A DNA stretch of 64,000 nucleotides from Amoebidium appalachense (taxonomy: Eukaryota; Protista; Ichthyosporea). Below the pieces are notes generated by a model, which was not told where the DNA came from, ran no database searches, and was given only the letters and a program-made list of their open reading frames with translations. Location: NCBI GenBank assembly GCA_963693365.1, contig CAVNZM010000016.1, positions 3,003,957-3,067,956 on the forward strand. Reading direction: 5' to 3'. The position numbers and the translations under genes are program-made. Within the stretch, counting starts at the first letter, position 1. Every line of letters begins with the position of its first letter. Positions 60,808-64,000 of this stretch are shown here, one piece after another.

Positions 60808-62094
60808 CGACAGGCTGTAGATACTGTGTGTGCGCTTGTGTATTTTTACAGCTGCAGCTGCTCATTCCCCATGCATTGCCCGGCTTGCTCACCTGCCACC
60901 TCCCCCCCAGGTACCCCAACAAGTGCAGCTTAAAGACGGCAGCCTGCATGGCCGCCAATGCCGGCGAGGACGAGATCACGCTGTCGTCCGAGGGCCCGTG
61001 CAGCGGGGAGAGCAAGAAGTGCATGAAGCGGTGCACGAAGGAGTATGAGCCCATGTGTGGCTCGGACGGCATCACATACAACAACAAGTGAGTACCCGTG
61101 CAACACAAACATGCTCGAAATAATTTGCTAGGTTTCTACTGCATGCTTCAAGAGTATACTACATACCTAGGAAGACGTATACCCATTACCCTCGTGTATT
61201 TCTCACGTGCATAGTTCGTTCAGCCTGATGTGTACGATGTTTCTTCTGCTTGCTTCAGGTACAGCTCTCACCCTCTGAGTGCCCCCTTCGTACTGACACA
61301 CATGCCCCTTCAGGTGCCTGTTTGAGATTGGCCAGTGCATGAACCCCGACCTGACGGTCAAGTCCAAGGGTGAGTGCAAGGAGGCCAGCACCAAGCCAGT
61401 GAGCACCGAGTCCGCCACCAAGCCCCGTCACGTGACCTGCCGCAAGCCCGTGGACTGCACGGTCAAGCTGGGGGGTGAGGCCAAGGACTGGGCCTGTGTG
61501 GGGCCCAAGTCCACGTGCATCAACAGGGGCTGCAAGCTAGACACGCAGTGGCAGATCATGGCCTGCGAGATCAAGTGTGCCGTGGAGGTCAAGGTCCCCA
61601 AGGGCCACTGTGTGCCTGCCGCCCTGGCCAAGGCCCCCAAGCCCACTGAGGCCCCCGCAGCCACCGAGGCAGCAAAGCCCCCGGCTGAGACAGCCCCAGT
61701 CGATAAGCCCGCCGAGACCATGCCTGCTGAGACCATGCCAGCAGACGAGCAGGTGCCTGCAGCCACGGCCCCAGCAACCACCCCCGCAGCAGAGCCCACG
61801 GTGGCTGCCCCCACCACGGCCCCGGCCGCAGCAACCACCCCGGCCGTAGTGGCTGCTACCACCCCTGCAGCTGTGGCCGGCACTGCCCCTGCTACCACGG
61901 TGGCTGGGCCGGCAGCAACCACGGCTGCTGATGTGGCGGCTGTGCAGGCGGCAGTCAGCCAGGTGGCTGATGCTGTGGGTGGCATTGCTGGCGGCCAGAC
62001 CGGCAGGTCCTTTGAGAGCGCACCGGCAAACGAGGGCGTGCAGGCCGCACAGGTCATCAGCGATGCACTGCACCACATGAAGAACGGCCAGTAG
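60516..62094 (+). CDS. Secreted protein: two Kazal domains, an 8-Cys module and an Ala/Thr/Pro-rich stalk; 3 exons
   Basis: Signal peptide MNKLALSVVLAVAAASSA; CPVVCTTEYAPVCGSDGKT|YPNKC..C..EGPC; CMKRCTKEYEPMCGSDGITYNNK|CLFEIGQC..KGEC. Confidence 0.9.
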
Positions 62095-62689
62095 ATATTT
62101 ACATAGTGCATATATAGGTTGGATAGTTTGGTGGTGGATGGAGAAAGCACGTGCAGGTCACGTGTCAATGCCCGTAGGTGTCCAGTAGTAGCTTGATTGT
62201 AAGTGTATGGGTGGTGGTCTGGTAGGCCACTGCAGTCCCTTCTTTGTATGTCCCTGATTTGTAATAAAACGAATACGCACATGTGCGTAAACTCTGGTCC
62301 GTTGCAACCATATCACAAATAGCTTCTGCCTTTAGTCGCCCCACATTTTAGGGCGAGTTAGTGTTGGGTTGTCTTCATAGCCCATTTGGGGAATGGGGAG
62401 TTGAGTTGGGGGGTGGGGGGTTAGGGGGGGGACACTTCGTTTGGGTGGGTGGGGGGGGGGGAGGGGGGGATGGGGGGGGGAAGGGGGAGTGCTCCGGAGG
62501 GGGACACAAGTTGATTAAAAACTGGGTGTGCGAGGAGGAAAGGGGGGGGGGGGGGGGGGGGGGGACGCAGGTTGATTTGGAGCGTGTGTGTGGGAGAAGG
62601 GGGCGGGGGGAGGGTATAGGGGTTCACAAGTGATTTAGGTGGTGTTGTGCTGGTGTCGATCGTGCACGTGGTGGATTGGGCGCGTAACG

Positions 62690-62825
62690 TTGCGTGTCCA
62701 TGTGCATATGTGGGTATGTGCGCATTTGTGTGTGTTCATGTGTGCGTGCACCCTTGCATGCATTGGTGCGTGTGTCCGTGCCGTGTGAGTGTGTGTGCAT
62801 GTGTTCGTGCGCTCGTTGTGTGTGG

Positions 62826-62907
<82 letters not shown>

Positions 62908-62932
62908 GCGCGCGTGTGTGTCGTGTGTGTGC

Positions 62933-62967
<35 letters not shown>

Positions 62968-63080
62968 TGTGTGCGTGCGCACGCGCGCTCATGCGCACGC
63001 GTGTGTGTGTGTGTTTGTGTGTGTGTGTGTCCGGGCATGCATGCACGTGCGAGCGTGTGTGTGCGTGTATGTGTGCGCGT

Positions 63081-63123
<43 letters not shown>

Positions 63124-63163
63124 TGTGTGCGGTTGTGTGCGTGTATGTTTGTGTGTCTGTGCC

Positions 63164-63196
<33 letters not shown>

Positions 63197-63254
63197 TGTG
63201 TGCGGTTGTGTGTGCGTGTGTGCGCGTGTGCATGTGTGTGTGTGTGCGCGTGTG

Positions 63255-63323
<69 letters not shown>

Positions 63324-63348
63324 GCGCGCGTGTGTGTGGTGTGTGTGC

Positions 63349-63379
<31 letters not shown>

Positions 63380-63490
63380 TGTGTGCGTGCGCACGCGCGC
63401 TCATGCGCACGCGTGTGTGTGTGTGTTTGTGTGTGTGTGTGTCCGGGCATGCATGCACGTGCGAGCGTGTGTGTGCGTGTATGTGTGCGC

Positions 63491-63533
<43 letters not shown>

Positions 63534-63571
63534 TGTGTGCGGTTGTGTGCGTGTATGTTTGTGTGTCTGTG

Positions 63572-63607
<36 letters not shown>

Positions 63608-63661
63608 TGTGTGCGGTTGTGTGTGCGTGTGTGCGCGTGTGCATGTGTGTGTGTGTGCGCG

Positions 63662-63733
<72 letters not shown>

Positions 63734-63790
63734 CTATGTATGTGTGTTTGTATGTATGTGTGTTTGTGTGTGTGTTTGTGTGTGTTGCTC
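62690..63790. repeat. Compound (TG)n/(GCGT)n microsatellite with ~415-bp higher-order duplication
   Basis: Landmarks TAAGCGCGCG (62905, 63321) and CCGGGCATGCATGCACGTGCGAGC (63031, 63443) recur. Confidence 0.9.
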
Positions 63791-64000
63791 TACGGGATGT
63801 TGTGGGGTGCAAGGAGCAGGGGCGCTCCGTAGTGCTGCTGGCCTTGCGGGCGCATGCTAGCACCAAGTCCTGACAAGACACCGTTCATGGCAGGCAGGGT
63901 CGCAGAACAATTGCAAAGCTCACGCCCAGTGCTGATAAACATTTTTCAGTTACTTGATTACTTACTTTTCGTAAAATATCTTGCAATATTTAAGGAATAA

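Noticed and set aside
61428-62282. 284-aa antisense ORF over the Kazal gene
   Set aside because: Shadow frame of GC-rich Ala/Thr/Pro codons.

Overview
Eukaryotic, intron-rich, gene-dense DNA with GC-rich exons, many (CA/TG)n microsatellites and long poly-G/poly-C tracts; most ORFs in the supplied track are repeat artefacts. The first ~7.5 kb is a transposon nest: a TE-like ORF running off the left edge, a 413-bp TIR element, and a complete 3.55-kb LTR element with near-identical LTRs, a 5-bp TSD, PBS, PPT, a decayed gypsy-type RT and a dUTPase-like ORF. Spliced genes reconstructed by eye then alternate strands in tight head-to-head and tail-to-tail pairs: INTS9 (-), Egt2/class-V PLP lyase (+), a gustatory-receptor-like 7TM protein (-), two tentative orphan genes, PTC7 (-), prephenate dehydrogenase TYR1 (+), a TPR+DnaJ protein (+), TEX261/SVP26 (-), a Sec7-PH ARF-GEF of PSD/EFA6 type (+) and a secreted Kazal/mucin-like protein (+). 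The combination of INTS9, a PSD-type GEF, fungal-type TYR1 and a GR-like gene suggests a unicellular holozoan, possibly an ichthyosporean (inference). Most notable: a short dispersed element found only in introns and always in the host gene's sense orientation, with one copy apparently supplying the branch point; introns expanded by tandem copies of splice signals; two GC donors; a 14-nt convergent CDS overlap; and CpG depletion in gene bodies. All gene models and homologies come from reading the sequence, not from database searches.
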